Shown one piece after another: positions 20,492 through 28,805 of a stretch of DNA of 64,000 nucleotides (its first letter is position 1; each line of letters begins with the position of its first letter). The translations under genes and the position numbers were made by a program. The notes below the pieces were generated by a model, which was given only the letters and a program-made list of their open reading frames with translations, did no database searches and had not been told where the DNA came from. The stretch is taken from sequence record OZ196593.1. The stretch is one strand, 5' to 3'.

Positions 20492-21016
20492 CTATCTGCG
20501 TCCTTTAGTTTTGTTTCTTTTTAGTTTTCGTTTGAGCTTGCGAACTTCTTTACGCTTCGCGATTTTATCAGCTCGTCGCACTGCATCATAATCCGCAGCA
20601 CAAGACGCTGCAAACGCATCGGGCTTGAATACTGGCTCTTGACCCACATATCCGAAGATCGTGCCCTTAGCTTCGTTATACGCGACGCTAGACTTGTGTT
20701 TAGGGTCTGGGTTAATGTCAACGTGTACTTCAAAGCCGCGAGGGCCGCACATTGGCTTAACTTTCAACGCGCATTCACCTGCTTTGTATACTTCGTTCAT
20801 CAAGCGACTACGAATACCATCAGTAGATGACATATAGGCTTTCTCAGTTTCGATTGTTTTGAATACTTGAGCGCCTTTACTGCCTTCCAAGTGAATTATG
20901 ATTACAGTCGCGTAACTGATCATATCACTTTTTCGTTTACTGTCACACCCAACATAGATCGTGCTACTCGGGTGACTATTTTGAATCGCTGTTTCTACAG
21001 CTTCCCAATCGAACAT
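20492..21016 (-). CDS. RNase H-like YkuK family protein
   Basis: IYVGCDS, YATVIIIH, RLMNEV, EVHVDIN, KPDAFAASCAAD motifs. Confidence 0.75.
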   Translation of the reverse strand: MFDWEAVETAIQNSHPSSTIYVGCDSKRKSDMISYATVIIIHLEGSKGAQVFKTIETEKAYMSSTDGIRSRLMNEVYKAGECALKVKPMCGPRGFEVHVDINPDPKHKSSVAYNEAKGTIFGYVGQEPVFKPDAFAASCAADYDAVRRADKIAKRKEVRKLKRKLKRNKTKGRR

Positions 21017-21032
21017 GTTTCACCTCGTTACA

Positions 21033-21058
21033 AAAAAGGGTAGCGACGTGCTACCCTC
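21033..21058 (-). terminator. intrinsic terminator after the DUF2828 gene
   Basis: AGGGTAGC-ACGTC-GCTACCCT followed by a T-run on the - strand. Confidence 0.75.
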
Positions 21059-21065
21059 TGTGTAC

Positions 21066-22496
21066 TTATAAAGCGTATCGGTCGACGCCGACAGTCTTCA
21101 GCATGATTTTCACTGGCTCAAGCTCACCACCCAACAGCGACGTTAGAATTGAAGGGCTGCAACCCGACACTAACGCTGTGTTCGCTTCACCTGATTTAAC
21201 AGGCACGTTGTCTAGACGACCACGCAAGTTCCAGAACACGAGCTGCGGCATTTCGTAGCCCGCTTGAACGTATAGTTCTTTGATTGCGTCGAAGTTCGTA
21301 GTGTTACGAGTATGCCAGCCACCGCCAGAACGTGCTTGGTCGAATTCCATATCGCTCATGATAAGCAATTTGGTTGGCATTTCGTCTTGCGACAAGTTTG
21401 CCGTACGAGCGCGTTCAAGAAGAACTTCGAAGCATCGTGTGATGTTCGTACTCATATCTTCACCAGAGCGTTGCATGTTGTCAAGACGCGACTTCAAGCT
21501 ATCACCCGTCAACTTGTGAAAGTGTGGGTTGCTTGAGAACGAAATGAATTGATCTTTGAAGATACCCTCATTGCGTTCAGCGACGTAGATGCCAAGAGAC
21601 ATCGCAACGTCTTTACACGTCACAGTACCACCGTGTTCACCGTTGATACCACAGCCCATAGAGCCAGAAACATCAACAACTGGAATCACGCGTTCGTCAG
21701 AGCCTTCCATGTAGTTCGGTAGAGCTTTCCATTGCTCATTCGCAACACGATGGTCACCCATTTTAACGCTGCGAACAACGTCGTACGGGTAAACAGCACC
21801 AGCATTGATCTTCGCTTCACCTTTCACAAGCGATGTGATGTACTCACCGTATGCAGATTCAGCGTTACGACCGAATGCTTTCTGATAGCGTGCAGACGCT
21901 ACAGATGGCAGTTTGCCGAACTCGATCTCGTCCCAATTACGAGCACACATCTTCTGTTCAACAGTGTCAGACAAAAGAGAGATCACTTTACGCCACTGCT
22001 TCGCGTTTACACCAACCGACTTGATTGTGCGCTTGAACACGATAGCGTTTTTGCTGCGCTCACGAGGAAACCACTTAGCAGCAAGCGCGTTTTTGTCATT
22101 GACAATCGCGTGCGTCCAAAGAGTGATAGCATCAGCTTCAAGAGAAGTACCGAACGCAGATACTAAGTCATCGAAACGACCGAGTTCTGGGATCTTGCGC
22201 ATAACTAGACGCGCCACTTCTGGTTGTTCTTTACACAGACGTGCAAAGATTTTGCGGAAAGTACCGCGCTCACCTGCACCGCCACGCACGTCGCGAGACC
22301 ATAGCAAGATGCGAGTTGCAAGCTCAGGGTTTTCACCGAATGCGCGATTAAACGCAGTTAGTGACTGATCATTACCGCGCATAGCGCCGATAGTGAAGAA
22401 CAAGTTTAGACACTCGTTACCCGAAGTGCTGTGCGTAACTGCACCGTTTGCTGTACGTGAATCGTTTGATTGCATAGCGTTCATAAATGCTGACAT
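21066..22496 (-). CDS. DUF2828 + vWA protein (Ro60/TROVE-like RNA-binding by inference)
   Basis: RTANGA..STSG..LNLFF, RDVRGGAGER, GRFDDL, AAKWFPRE, MIDAS VVDVSGSM, LLIMSDMEFD, FWNLR. Confidence 0.75.
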   Translation of the reverse strand: MSAFMNAMQSNDSRTANGAVTHSTSGNECLNLFFTIGAMRGNDQSLTAFNRAFGENPELATRILLWSRDVRGGAGERGTFRKIFARLCKEQPEVARLVMRKIPELGRFDDLVSAFGTSLEADAITLWTHAIVNDKNALAAKWFPRERSKNAIVFKRTIKSVGVNAKQWRKVISLLSDTVEQKMCARNWDEIEFGKLPSVASARYQKAFGRNAESAYGEYITSLVKGEAKINAGAVYPYDVVRSVKMGDHRVANEQWKALPNYMEGSDERVIPVVDVSGSMGCGINGEHGGTVTCKDVAMSLGIYVAERNEGIFKDQFISFSSNPHFHKLTGDSLKSRLDNMQRSGEDMSTNITRCFEVLLERARTANLSQDEMPTKLLIMSDMEFDQARSGGGWHTRNTTNFDAIKELYVQAGYEMPQLVFWNLRGRLDNVPVKSGEANTALVSGCSPSILTSLLGGELEPVKIMLKTVGVDRYAL

Positions 22497-22531
22497 TGTT
22501 ATTTCCTCATGTTGTTTGCTGTATAATGTCT
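22492..22531 (-). promoter_or_regulatory. putative translational operator (helix-ATA-CAGCAA) over the RBS and ATG of the DUF2828 gene
   Basis: GACATT (22530-22525) pairs with AATGTC (22497-22492), which contains the start codon; the loop holds ATA-CAGCAAAC and GAGG. Confidence 0.7.
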
Positions 22532-22543
22532 AATATGTGATGT

Positions 22544-22572
22544 ATTATACACGCTTAATCAAGCGCGTAAAC
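22544..22572 (-). promoter_or_regulatory. early promoter of the DUF2828 gene
   Basis: GTTTACG-16 nt-TATAAT with TG extension; palindromic spacer CGCTT-GATT-AAGCG. Confidence 0.7.
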
Positions 22573-22594
22573 ACATTTTTCAAAGTTTTTTCAA

Positions 22595-22906
22595 TTAATT
22601 TGGACGACGTGTAAACGCAGTACCATTCTTATGAATTTCGACCAGAATCGTGCCACCAGTTTCGTAGTTCGTACGAACAGAACGATAGTCGTATTTCTCA
22701 AAGAAGTTGCGAATAATAGTCGCACCTTTCTTATCAGTATCGGTAAGATGCACATCAACTTTGATGCGAATCGGGAAATCTGCGTTATTCTTGACAGCCG
22801 CCATGAATTCGCGTTCGCACTGATTAGTGTAGTGCTCAGAAAGAACGCGACGTTCTTCTAGCACTCGCTCTTCGATGTTTTTACGTAGCTCGTCATGTTT
22901 AATCAT
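22595..22906 (-). CDS. hypothetical protein
   Basis: start revised to MIKHDEL. Confidence 0.6.
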   Translation of the reverse strand: MIKHDELRKNIEERVLEERRVLSEHYTNQCEREFMAAVKNNADFPIRIKVDVHLTDTDKKGATIIRNFFEKYDYRSVRTNYETGGTILVEIHKNGTAFTRRPN

Positions 22907-22908
22907 AA

Positions 22909-23235
22909 TTAAGAACCGTGATTTTTGTTGATAGTTAGTGTAACGTATGAATAAGAACACCCACCGTATTCACGCGGGTCAGGGTCATTGCGCCCGAACT
23001 CAGCAGTGAAGTTATTAAACCCCTCTTTGCGCATAAGCTCTTTGATGATCGTCATGAACTGCGAGTTTGCTTCTGTTTGACTCTTCAATGTCACTTGAAC
23101 AGTCACAGGAAACGCATAGCCATTCACCGAGTTGATTCTTTTCTCGAACGATTTGCGCATATCGCGACCAAACTCTTCCATGCGAGTCGTCTTGTTGTTC
23201 TCAACGCGCTCGACTAGTTGTTCGTATAAACTCAT
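22909..23235 (-). CDS. hypothetical protein
   Basis: start revised to MSLYEQ. Confidence 0.6.
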   Translation of the reverse strand: MSLYEQLVERVENNKTTRMEEFGRDMRKSFEKRINSVNGYAFPVTVQVTLKSQTEANSQFMTIIKELMRKEGFNNFTAEFGRNDPDPREYGGCSYSYVTLTINKNHGS

Positions 23236-23236
23236 A

Positions 23237-23536
23237 TTACACCCCAAGAACATTTGGCAATTGCGAAATGGTATATGTGCTTTCTTGCACACGACCGCGA
23301 AACTTCACAAGCATACGATGACTGAAGTCGTCCGGGTGCTCATCTAGAAGATCAGCGTACTTCCATAAGCCGCATTCATTGCGCATACTCTGACCGATTG
23401 AGTGGTGATACACTACTAAATCAGTTTCATCAGCAAGAAACGCTTCGCGATGTTCTTTCGGAGTATCTTGCCAGATACCTTTCAACCAACGCTGACAGTG
23501 CGCTTCTAAGATTTTTTTAACAATTGCAGTTTTCAT
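23237..23536 (-). CDS. hypothetical protein
   Basis: ORF in an operon with a 4-nt overlap. Confidence 0.6.
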   Translation of the reverse strand: MKTAIVKKILEAHCQRWLKGIWQDTPKEHREAFLADETDLVVYHHSIGQSMRNECGLWKYADLLDEHPDDFSHRMLVKFRGRVQESTYTISQLPNVLGV

Positions 23537-23901
23537 TGATAGTCCTTAATGTCGTTGTCGAAGTGACGAATGCACGAGCTATCAAGTCTCGGACGATCAT
23601 CGTCTTCAGTGATTGATGGTAGTGTGTAATTATCGTTAAACGGCTGACCGCTTGCTTTAGCGATTTCGTACGCGTCTGCACGATTGAAATACTCACCACA
23701 ATAGTTGATGAAACCTTGCCCGCGATCACCGAGTTCTTTTCGATGTTCGATTGTACAGCCCGCTTTCTTCAGTGCTTTCATAACACCAGACATGTTACGA
23801 CCGAAGTGACAGCTATCAGCTATCACAAGTTCTTCAGTTGAACCGTCGGGGTATGTTACGCGTATCGCGTTTGCAGCAGCAGAAATAATGTTTACGTGCA
23901 T
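23533..23901 (-). CDS. hypothetical phage protein
   Basis: GQGFIN..GEYFNRADAYEIAKASGQ motif. Confidence 0.6.
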   Translation of the reverse strand: MHVNIISAAANAIRVTYPDGSTEELVIADSCHFGRNMSGVMKALKKAGCTIEHRKELGDRGQGFINYCGEYFNRADAYEIAKASGQPFNDNYTLPSITEDDDRPRLDSSCIRHFDNDIKDYQ

Positions 23902-24248
23902 GTATCGAGCCTCATAAAAATGTTACCGATTTTCTTGTACTGTTTAGACGCCATGATCATGTTCGTCATCTTCAAGTTACCGACTGGATTACTAGTCACA
24001 AGAACAATCGTGTACGGATAATTGCGATGATCCATAGCGTGTGATAGAATATCGCTTCCCTCTTTGCCGACTACATCACCGAGATCATTGTCCATTAGCA
24101 ACGTAATGTCAGTCAAGTTCGTGTGCTTCACGAAATTCATTCCCTGTTCGAACGTTCGAAGTGTCAGCTTTTGAGCTGCATTCACTGTGTCGTTCGTCAA
24201 CTTGTTGATGTCTCGAAGATCATCAATCAAAATATACATGTGTTTCAT
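23892..24248 (-). CDS. cyclic-phosphate-processing receiver-domain-like protein
   Basis: ILIDDLR...LLMDNDLG...G.DI...VTSNPVG...M pattern. Confidence 0.6.
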   Translation of the reverse strand: MKHMYILIDDLRDINKLTNDTVNAAQKLTLRTFEQGMNFVKHTNLTDITLLMDNDLGDVVGKEGSDILSHAMDHRNYPYTIVLVTSNPVGNLKMTNMIMASKQYKKIGNIFMRLDTCT

Positions 24249-24496
24249 TACACAACCTCTAACCAATATGCTAATTCATTTGCTGAAGCTAAAGCAGGCG
24301 TATAAGAAATCCAGTAGTCTAGATTCTGAGACATCGACTCAAGATAGCAATACTCTGAGTCTGCGCTGAAACGATAAATGAACTCATCGTCTATATACGC
24401 ATCGACCACTTTAGAACGAGGATTAACTTTAACATCGAACCCTGCGTTCTTAAACAACGCAATCGCTGTCTCATGTTCTGCTTCAAGTAGCGTCAT
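24248..24496 (-). CDS. hypothetical protein
   Basis: start revised to MTLLEAEH. Confidence 0.55.
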   Translation of the reverse strand: MTLLEAEHETAIALFKNAGFDVKVNPRSKVVDAYIDDEFIYRFSADSEYCYLESMSQNLDYWISYTPALASANELAYWLEVV

Positions 24497-24555
24497 ATTA
24501 TTCTCAGTAGTTGTTTTGATAAATACAAGATACAGAAAAACTACACGAGTGTCAA

Positions 24556-24924
24556 ATGAAAAGTGAAAAAAGAACAGACTTTTCTTCGTACCTAGAGGAA
24601 TCATGGATTCAGAAGAAATACACAGAGTTTAAAAACGGGGCTGAAGCGCGTGCTATGAGACGCATCGGCAAACATCTAACGCGACTGAACAAGCTTGAGA
24701 AGAAAGCCGAATCAAACAAACACAAGCCAGAAGTGCAACGATTCAACTTGATGGACATTTCATTGACGGTAAATGAAGCTAGACACGACATCAAGAAGCT
24801 TCGACGCAAGAACATGAGCAAAGACATGCATGATGAACTAATCGAAGTAGAGCGCGAACTAGACCGGTTTAAGCAGTATTCCGATGATGGATTGAACTAC
24901 TTGATGATTAATCAGTTAATTTAG
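24556..24924 (+). CDS. late-expressed hypothetical protein (internal head protein candidate)
   Basis: GATAAATA upstream; FSSYLEE near the N-terminus; followed by a terminator. Confidence 0.55.
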   Translation: MKSEKRTDFSSYLEESWIQKKYTEFKNGAEARAMRRIGKHLTRLNKLEKKAESNKHKPEVQRFNLMDISLTVNEARHDIKKLRRKNMSKDMHDELIEVERELDRFKQYSDDGLNYLMINQLI

Positions 24925-24926
24925 AC

Positions 24927-24955
24927 CAAAAAAAGCCCGCTAAATGCGGGCTTTG
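24927..24955. terminator. bidirectional terminator
   Basis: A7-GCCCGC-TAAAT-GCGGGC-TTT. Confidence 0.7.
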
Positions 24956-24958
24956 TCG

Positions 24959-25246
24959 TTAATAGTTATGGCGTAACTTGCGATTGATCGTTTGATCAAC
25001 AATCGTGGAGTACATCAAATGCTCTTTGTAATATTTCTCATCAACTCGATTGCATTGAAATTGTCGAAAGTCTTTGCGCAGTCTCGCAATGAATTTATTC
25101 AGTGCTTTGCGAACTTTGCAGACTTCGTTTAATTCCATGTTTTTCAGTGTTTCTTCAGAAAGTATTTCCATGATTGTTACCTCTAGGTTATTAGACATAA
25201 AGGCGAGGTCGGGACTCGAACCCAAACATTGCACCATTCTCACCAT
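24959..25246 (-). CDS. hypothetical protein (true start probably MEILSEE)
   Basis: ORF ending at the bidirectional terminator. Confidence 0.5.
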   Translation of the reverse strand: MVRMVQCLGSSPDLAFMSNNLEVTIMEILSEETLKNMELNEVCKVRKALNKFIARLRKDFRQFQCNRVDEKYYKEHLMYSTIVDQTINRKLRHNY

Positions 25247-25271
25247 CGAGAAAGTTACACCATCTTACAGC

Positions 25272-25496
25272 TTAGTGTGCCATAGCTTGAAGTCTGCGCA
25301 TACGATCACGCAGTTCAAGTTCAGATAAGTCTTCGACTTTCTCTTCTACTTTGAATTCTTCTACTGGCTCGCCGTCTTTCTTAGCATTGGGACCAATGTT
25401 ATCCCACAATGGCGAGTTGTGCCACGCGTCTGAACATTGATTACCCATACCGCGCCCTTGACGAGCACTTGATTTATCGTGAATTGACTTTGCCAT
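25272..25496 (-). CDS. hypothetical protein
   Basis: coupled to the upstream ORF. Confidence 0.55.
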   Translation of the reverse strand: MAKSIHDKSSARQGRGMGNQCSDAWHNSPLWDNIGPNAKKDGEPVEEFKVEEKVEDLSELELRDRMRRLQAMAH

Positions 25497-25720
25497 TACT
25501 CGTTCGACTTCTTAGTTACTTGTCGACCAACACCAACTGCGGCACCTACAGCAGCAGCACCGGCAGCTTTACCCGCTTTCTTAGCACCAGACTTAGCAGC
25601 AGATTTAGCACGGTCTTTCACTGACGGCTTTTTCTTAGCAGGCTTTTTCTTGTCATCGGACGGCTTTTCTTTTTCTTCGTCTAACTGAGACATAAATTGA
25701 TCAAATGTTTTGTCACTCAT
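25496..25720 (-). CDS. small Lys/Ala-rich protein (internal head protein candidate)
   Basis: TCTAAATA late-like promoter; N-terminus MSDKTFDQFMSQLDE; histone-like KKPAKKK/KAAG repeats. Confidence 0.55.
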   Translation of the reverse strand: MSDKTFDQFMSQLDEEKEKPSDDKKKPAKKKPSVKDRAKSAAKSGAKKAGKAAGAAAVGAAVGVGRQVTKKSNE

Positions 25721-25751
25721 GTGAGTTCTCCATTGTTGTAGTTAAATGTAT

Positions 25752-26132
25752 TTAGACGAACAACTTTCGGGATAGCTGCACATCGAATTCACGACGGAAT
25801 GTACATCGTTCATCACCCATCAAAACATCATCAAGCGTAAAACGCTGACGCTTGCGAGAAGTCGCAGTTTCCATCCAACGCGTCATGGCGTCTTCTGTAT
25901 CGAATTCTAAGCGTCTACAACGCTGATTAGGTGCATTATGTTGACTTCTATCGGTATACGTCTCATAGAGAAACATGCCGCGAATTAGAACGGCATCAAG
26001 CGTGCTTCTGAACTTAACTGTCACACCATCAATGTCATCAAACGAACGCATAGTTAAAATCACGGTCGTGTCTTTTTCTTTAGCTATTCGCTTCATCTTC
26101 TCGATTGAAACTAGCTTTTCACTTTTGAACAT
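25752..26132 (-). CDS. hypothetical protein
   Basis: 126-aa ORF. Confidence 0.55.
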   Translation of the reverse strand: MFKSEKLVSIEKMKRIAKEKDTTVILTMRSFDDIDGVTVKFRSTLDAVLIRGMFLYETYTDRSQHNAPNQRCRRLEFDTEDAMTRWMETATSRKRQRFTLDDVLMGDERCTFRREFDVQLSRKLFV

Positions 26133-26192
26133 ATATTGTACCTTTCATTTCACTTTTCTTCAGCATACTGCATTTTCTAACCGACATAAACA

Positions 26193-26219
26193 AAAAAACC
26201 CGCCTAAAGAGGCGGGTTC
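26193..26219 (-). terminator. terminator at the end of the tRNA cluster
   Basis: AACCCGCC-TCTTTA-GGCGGGTT followed by T7. Confidence 0.8.
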
Positions 26220-26231
26220 ATCGTGCATAAA

Positions 26232-26430
26232 CAGACATTCGTGAACAGTTTTAAAGTCTTTCGCATTAATCACATTTGACTTTCATGTTTAACGATACAT
26301 GAATCCCTACCAACAAGTTGATAGTCTTACCTTCGAGTTTATTGCTTTAAGTCACCGAGAATGCGGCTATGCGTTACTCTATCTCTTATCTCTTATTTAA
26401 GTTTTGTTAGTTGGTTGCTGTACAATGTCT
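26232..26430 (-). ncRNA. stand-alone motif RNA (~200 nt), helix-GTA-CAGCAA family
   Basis: AGACATT-GTA-CAGCAACC ... AATGTCT closing helix; internal hairpins TTCATG/CATGAA and AAAGTC/GACTTT. Confidence 0.65.
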
Positions 26431-26440
26431 TTGCAAAATT

Positions 26441-26529
26441 TGGCGGAGATACTGGGAGTCGAACCCAGAGAACGCTATTAACGTCCGACACCTTAGCAGG
26501 GTGCTGTCATACCATTAGACCATATCTCC
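26441..26529 (-). tRNA. tRNA-Ser(GCT)
   Basis: cloverleaf with long variable arm, loop CTGCTAA, encoded CCA. Confidence 0.92.
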
Positions 26530-26665
26530 AGTTCGGAATGCTGCTCTCATTCTCAACTACATATTTGCTCTTATCGCTGCCGTGTAGTACGAGCTTCGCA
26601 GATCGCTTCCTATAATTTTAAGAGCAGGGCGACTCATACCAGCTCTATTCAAGCGAACTTGAATT

Positions 26666-26743
26666 TGGTGCCCAACCCGAGATTCGAACTCGGAACTTCT
26701 AGCGTTTGAAACTAGCGACTCTGCCAGATTGGCCTAGTTGGGC
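26666..26743 (-). tRNA. tRNA-Leu(CAA), short variable loop
   Basis: stem CTAGT/GCTAG, loop TTCAAAC, CCA. Confidence 0.85.
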
Positions 26744-26755
26744 ATATTCGTTAAT

Positions 26756-26947
26756 TTATGATGTAGTCACCAGTTCATAGCGAAGAATAGAATCGTGTAA
26801 ATCGTCGAGATACGCATATCCCGGATCACCGTCTTTGCACGTCCAATTCGAGAACATCATAGCAGGCTTCGAGTGAGTCATAAACAACACACCGACAGAA
26901 CTGCCACCACTTTCCCAATAAACTCGATATAAACCAGCCTTTTCCAT
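26756..26947 (-). CDS. hypothetical protein
   Basis: 63-aa ORF with RBS between tRNAs. Confidence 0.55.
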   Translation of the reverse strand: MEKAGLYRVYWESGGSSVGVLFMTHSKPAMMFSNWTCKDGDPGYAYLDDLHDSILRYELVTTS

Positions 26948-26970
26948 AATAAATCACTCATAATAAAAAT

Positions 26971-27047
26971 TGGTACGCGTGGGCGGATTCGAACCGCCAT
27001 CCCTGAGATTTTAAGCCTCATGCCTCTGCCAATTGGACCACACGCGC
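26971..27047 (-). tRNA. tRNA-Leu(TAA), short variable loop
   Basis: loop CTTAAAA, CCA. Confidence 0.88.
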
Positions 27048-27049
27048 AT

Positions 27050-27123
27050 TGGAGCTCGTACACAGAATCGAACTGTGACCACGTGATTTGCAATCACTTA
27101 TACTACCGTTATACGATACGAGC
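27050..27123 (-). tRNA. tRNA-Cys(GCA)
   Basis: loop TTGCAAA, U73, CCA. Confidence 0.88.
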
Positions 27124-27133
27124 AAATGTACTT

Positions 27134-27210
27134 TGGGGTGACAGACGGGGATCGAACCCGCATTTTCCGGAATCACAACCCGGAGGTATTTCCACTTCAC
27201 CCACTGCCAC
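27134..27210 (-). tRNA. tRNA-His(GTG)
   Basis: loop TTGTGAT, C73; encoded -1 base is T. Confidence 0.88.
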
Positions 27211-27281
27211 ACCAAAGTACACTCTGGGACATATAACGTTTATCAACCGGACTCATTTACGTGGGTCATTCGAGCAAAGCA

Positions 27282-27587
27282 CTACTTTGCTAGTAAGTTT
27301 TCTTTCTTGAGATATATACTATCACTTGAGAGTTCGCGAGTAAACATATTTCTGAAATAAATTTGCACATCGTCTTCAGTCGTGTTCGACTCAATTTTCT
27401 GCGCTAATTCGAGAATTTTGCTTCGCTTGTATCCCTTTCGCCAACAGTCAAACATCAGTTTGTCCATTTCTTTCAGTTTTTCGACCTGATTCGGGTGTAC
27501 ATATTCGCGTGTTTCAAGTAATGACATAGTATATTGCTCATAAAGAATGGTAGTCCCTGAGAATTTCGAAATCTCGACCTTCGCCAT
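27282..27587 (-). CDS. hypothetical protein (true start probably MSLLETRE, downstream of tRNA-Val)
   Basis: the called 5' end overlaps tRNA-Val, so the start needs moving. Confidence 0.45.
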   Translation of the reverse strand: MAKVEISKFSGTTILYEQYTMSLLETREYVHPNQVEKLKEMDKLMFDCWRKGYKRSKILELAQKIESNTTEDDVQIYFRNMFTRELSSDSIYLKKENLLAK

Positions 27588-27622
27588 GTAAAAGCGGTGC
27601 TCTGCCTCTGAGCTAAGGGACT
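27548..27622 (-). tRNA. tRNA-Val(TAC)
   Basis: loop TTTACAT, CCA. Confidence 0.87.
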
Positions 27623-27627
27623 ATAAT

Positions 27628-27703
27628 TGGAACGTGTAACGAGATTCGAACTCGTACCTTCGGTTTGGAAGACCGTAATGCTACCGTTAAACACCATACA
27701 CGC
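27628..27703 (-). tRNA. tRNA-Gly(TCC)
   Basis: loop CTTCCAA, U73, CCA. Confidence 0.9.
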
Positions 27704-27995
27704 ATTGTTAATCAGACGCATTGAACAAGTCTTGAATTGCTTTCAAGTTGCTCAACTCTACTTCAAGTGTTCTTATAAAGAACGGGTTAGTCTCTACAGA
27801 GAGACGATATTCAACATCGCGAATGAATCGACCGATGTTGCCCTTGCTTAGTGTAAAGTAGTCATGCTTCTTTCTCTTCGTTTGAGGTTAGAATTAGATG
27901 AACGTGTTCGTTAACTTCTTGCTCAATCTGCCATTGTTCATAGACATATTCAGCATACAAAAGTGTTTCGTACATAATTCACCTTTCTTAAAATG

Positions 27996-28072
27996 TGGTA
28001 GTGACTCTGAGGTTCGAACTCAGTACCAGCGGCGTATGAAACCACGACTTTACCATCATAAGCTAAGTCACC
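27996..28072 (-). tRNA. tRNA-Met(CAT) (elongator Met or Ile2)
   Basis: loop TTCATAC, CCA. Confidence 0.8.
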
Positions 28073-28234
28073 AAAGCAGATATTAACGTATTTAATCAGC
28101 ACACGGGCTTGACACCACATTGTTTGTGGTCTACGTGAAGAACCTCTGCACAACAATCCCGCTCTAATTGCGTTATGTGGTGACTGTCACGAGGAATCTA
28201 GTCTTCTTTAAGTGCCTTTCGGCTGTATCAAGTA

Positions 28235-28473
28235 CAGACAATAACGAAGTGTTTTTTCGTCTTTTACATAAATCGCAGTTGACTATCTTGTTACTCTAAC
28301 AAGCAAGTATCGACTACCTCAGCGTCGCGCCTAGACTGTGTATTTCTACACGCCACATCTTTCGTTACAAGTCTCGACCTTAGCACGTTGTTGCTGTGCT
28401 GAACGTCTCGAACCCACGCTAAGACCTAATCATTGTTTTAGTAGATTAGTAGTTTGGTTGCTGCATATTGTCT
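28235..28473 (-). ncRNA. stand-alone motif RNA (~240 nt), helix-ATG-CAGCAA family
   Basis: AGACAAT-ATG-CAGCAACC ... ATTGTCT closing helix; internal hairpins AGCAC/GTGCT, GTGTA/TACAC, CTTGTT/AACAAG. Confidence 0.65.
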
Positions 28474-28570
28474 TACCTCATGTTCTCAGTCAACGCCCGA
28501 GGGTAGTTGCTTCATCAAACACAAAGCTCTTATTTTTCAAGTTCACACTATCGTAGTGACTCTCGTGATA

Positions 28571-28646
28571 TGGCATCCCCAGAAAGATTTGAACTTTCAA
28601 CCCCGAATTTAGAAGATTCGTGCTCTTCCAATTGAGCTATGAGGAC
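28571..28646 (-). tRNA. tRNA-Arg(TCT)
   Basis: loop CTTCTAA, CCA. Confidence 0.92.
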
Positions 28647-28722
28647 ATCAATAAGATTCGAACCATAAGATCTTGTGACACGATGGTAGTAAAGAGAGTG
28701 TCTATCTCATGTGTTCGAAATT

Positions 28723-28798
28723 TGGTGGAGCTTGAGGGTTACGATCCCTCTACTTCTCCGTGCAAGGGAGATGTTTTACCGATTAGCACTAAAGCCCC
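28723..28798 (-). tRNA. tRNA-Ala(TGC)
   Basis: G3-U70, loop CTTGCAC; atypical T-loop ATCGTAA. Confidence 0.87.
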
Positions 28799-28805
28799 AA
28801 ATTGT

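Noticed and set aside
25202-25245. tRNA gene
   Set aside because: Only a T arm and a partial acceptor can be built; no D arm or CCA. At most a tRNA remnant.
26666-26743. Possible UGA-suppressor or Sec tRNA (a TCA triplet is visible in the loop)
   Set aside because: The correct register (CTAGT/GCTAG stem, Leu-type D arm) gives the loop TTCAAAC, anticodon CAA.
28381-28405. Independent copy of the helix-NTD-CWGCAA element
   Set aside because: The spacer does not fit NTD; treated as an internal hairpin of the 28235-28473 RNA.
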